In this document: piece by piece, positions 63,054 to 64,000 of the stretch
Layout: each line of letters starts with the position of its first letter
How positions within the stretch are numbered: position 1 is the first letter of the stretch
Source of the DNA: an uncultured Gammaproteobacteria bacterium
Lineage (GTDB): Bacteria; Patescibacteriota; Patescibacteriia; Patescibacteriales; WJLG01
NCBI GenBank assembly: GCA_964395625.1
Contig: CAYNAR010000003.1
Coordinates: forward strand, 5,857-69,856
Direction of reading: 5' to 3'
DNA: 64,000 nt
The notes under the pieces: model-generated
Databases searched by the model: none
The model's input: the letters and a program-made list of their open reading frames with translations, nothing else
What the model was told of the DNA's origin: nothing
Made by a program: the position numbers and the translations under genes

Positions 63054-64000
63054 ATGAAGAGGAGGGTCGTCGTTTTTATTTCTTGCTGTTTCTTCGCCAC
63101 CGGAATCGCTATCGCTTCTTTTTTGCCGATAAGGTTTTTATCTTTTGACAGCTATTTCTTCGCCGCCGCCCTATCGGCTCTAGCGGCTTTTTTTATCGTA
63201 AAATATTTTTCTTTTGACGATAGGAGAAAGTTGAAGATAGCGCTTCTTTGGTCGTCTTTTCTGTTCTTTGGTCTTTGGCGCTATGCCGTCTCCCTGCCTT
63301 GCGACGGTCCGCAGAGCATTTGGCATTATAATGGTCGCAAAATGTCCTTATCCGGCACTATCGTCAGCGAACCGGTCGACAAACCTAAAGGACAGAGTTT
63401 CGTCTTGGGAAAATTGTCGGATGGTAGAAAAAGTTTCGCTGGTAAGGTCGCTATTTCCGCGGAGCGTTGGCCGGAATACGATTTCGGGCAAGTCGTTGAT
63501 GTCGAGTGCGAGTTAGAAAGGCCGGGTATGATAGAGGATTTCGACTATGGCTCCTATTTGGCCGTGCAGGATATCTACTCTACTTGTAGTCGTCCGAAAA
63601 TAGTCGTCATCGGCGATGGTAAAAAAATAGATACGGTTTTTTGGCGCTCTGTCATGGTGGTGAGGAAATATTTTCGTTCAGCTGTCGATAGGGGACTGGA
63701 TGAGCCGGAGGCCGGACTCTTTAAAGCTTTCATCTTGGGCGATAAGGCGACGATCAGCGATGAACTATCAGAAAGCTTTCGTTCTAGCGGGTTGTCTCAT
63801 ATCGTGGCGATTTCCGGCTCTCATATAACTATGCTCTCCGGCATGGTTTTCTTTTTGTTGATAGCCGTCGGTTTGACGCGAAATAGGGCCTTCTATTTCG
63901 CCGTGCCTTTTCTTTTGTTCTATGTCTTGCTGGCAGGAGCTCCGCCATCGGCGGTTCGTGCCGGTTTTATGGGATTTCTGGTCCTTTTGGCTTTTCATAT
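63054..64000 (+). CDS. comEC: DNA internalization-related competence protein ComEC/Rec2, N-terminal part; 3'-truncated by the window edge.
   Basis: Not in the ORF track. Hand translation from ATG 63054 is open to the window end: 'MKRRVVVFISCCFFATGIAIASF...' is followed by an OB-like 'SGTIVSEP....GQSFVLG', then 'F.(A)FILGDK..IS.EL.E.FR.SGLSHIVAISGSHITMLSG', the ComEC competence-domain signature. Confidence 0.85.
   Translation, partial: MKRRVVVFISCCFFATGIAIASFLPIRFLSFDSYFFAAALSALAAFFIVKYFSFDDRRKLKIALLWSSFLFFGLWRYAVSLPCDGPQSIWHYNGRKMSLSGTIVSEPVDKPKGQSFVLGKLSDGRKSFAGKVAISAERWPEYDFGQVVDVECELERPGMIEDFDYGSYLAVQDIYSTCSRPKIVVIGDGKKIDTVFWRSVMVVRKYFRSAVDRGLDEPEAGLFKAFILGDKATISDELSESFRSSGLSHIVAISGSHITMLSGMVFFLLIAVGLTRNRAFYFAVPFLLFYVLLAGAPPSAVRAGFMGFLVLLAFH

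Noticed and set aside
63268-63998. ORFs 63268-63516(+) and 63768-63998(-).
   Set aside because: Both are nested out of frame or antisense within the ComEC reading frame, which is open from 63054 to the window end and carries the ComEC signature.
1-64000. Alternative genetic code (for example UGA as a sense codon, as in some CPR-related lineages).
   Set aside because: Well-conserved genes terminate at their expected lengths with TGA as well as TAA and TAG (for example 16693-17298 ends in TGA, and the ribosomal proteins are of normal length). No conserved protein is truncated at TGA.

Overview
The window is a 64-kb stretch of a compact, moderately AT-rich bacterial genome that uses the standard code; TAA, TAG and TGA all terminate well-supported genes. 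All but one of the roughly 47 protein genes, and one of the two tRNAs, lie on the + strand. Several features point to a Candidate Phyla Radiation / Patescibacteria (Parcubacteria-like) organism. These are a short AlaRS without the C-Ala domain, an RpoA without the alpha-CTD, a pilin-type 'ADIKQ..ELYYND' domain, CPR-style cohesin-domain proteins and a giant repetitive surface protein. This taxonomic call is inference from content, not a computed result.

Layout:
- 1-30.5 kb: a co-directional cell-envelope locus.
  - A 5'-truncated giant protein of at least 3967 aa, built from DUF2341-like/LamG/Fn3 modules.
  - An Fn3-repeat membrane protein.
  - A MacB/FtsX-type ABC pair.
  - A free-standing paralog of the giant protein's C-terminus.
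  - One dockerin-bearing protein plus two cohesin-like membrane proteins.
  - A Cys-rich repeat lipoprotein.
  - A membrane protein paired with a TM-less VirD4/TraG-like ATPase.
  - A processive GT2 synthase.
- 30.6-46 kb: housekeeping and envelope genes.
  - P-type ATPase, FtsB-like protein, tRNA-Thr and a GC-rich structured element.
  - An RlpA::DD-carboxypeptidase fusion, ftsEX and tRNA-Gln.
  - A frameshifted Clp ATPase, a HI0933 flavoprotein, a lipoprotein with a 'headless pilin' domain, and an ABC-F protein.
- 46-54.7 kb: a looser, AT-rich stretch.
  - Orphan small ORFs, ogt, and a UvrD helicase with an embedded DEDDh exonuclease.
  - Two SLT transglycosylases, each with a near-consensus promoter.
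  - A family of intergenic palindromic repeats.
- 54.7-64 kb: alaS, infA-rpmJ-rpsM-rpsK-rpsD-rpoA-rplQ, rplM-rpsI, murI, prfB and the start of comEC.

No rRNA, CRISPR array, transposase or integrase was seen. All coordinates of motifs and RNAs were hand-counted and may be off by a few nt. All family assignments are by eye (motif recognition) and need HMM or structure confirmation.
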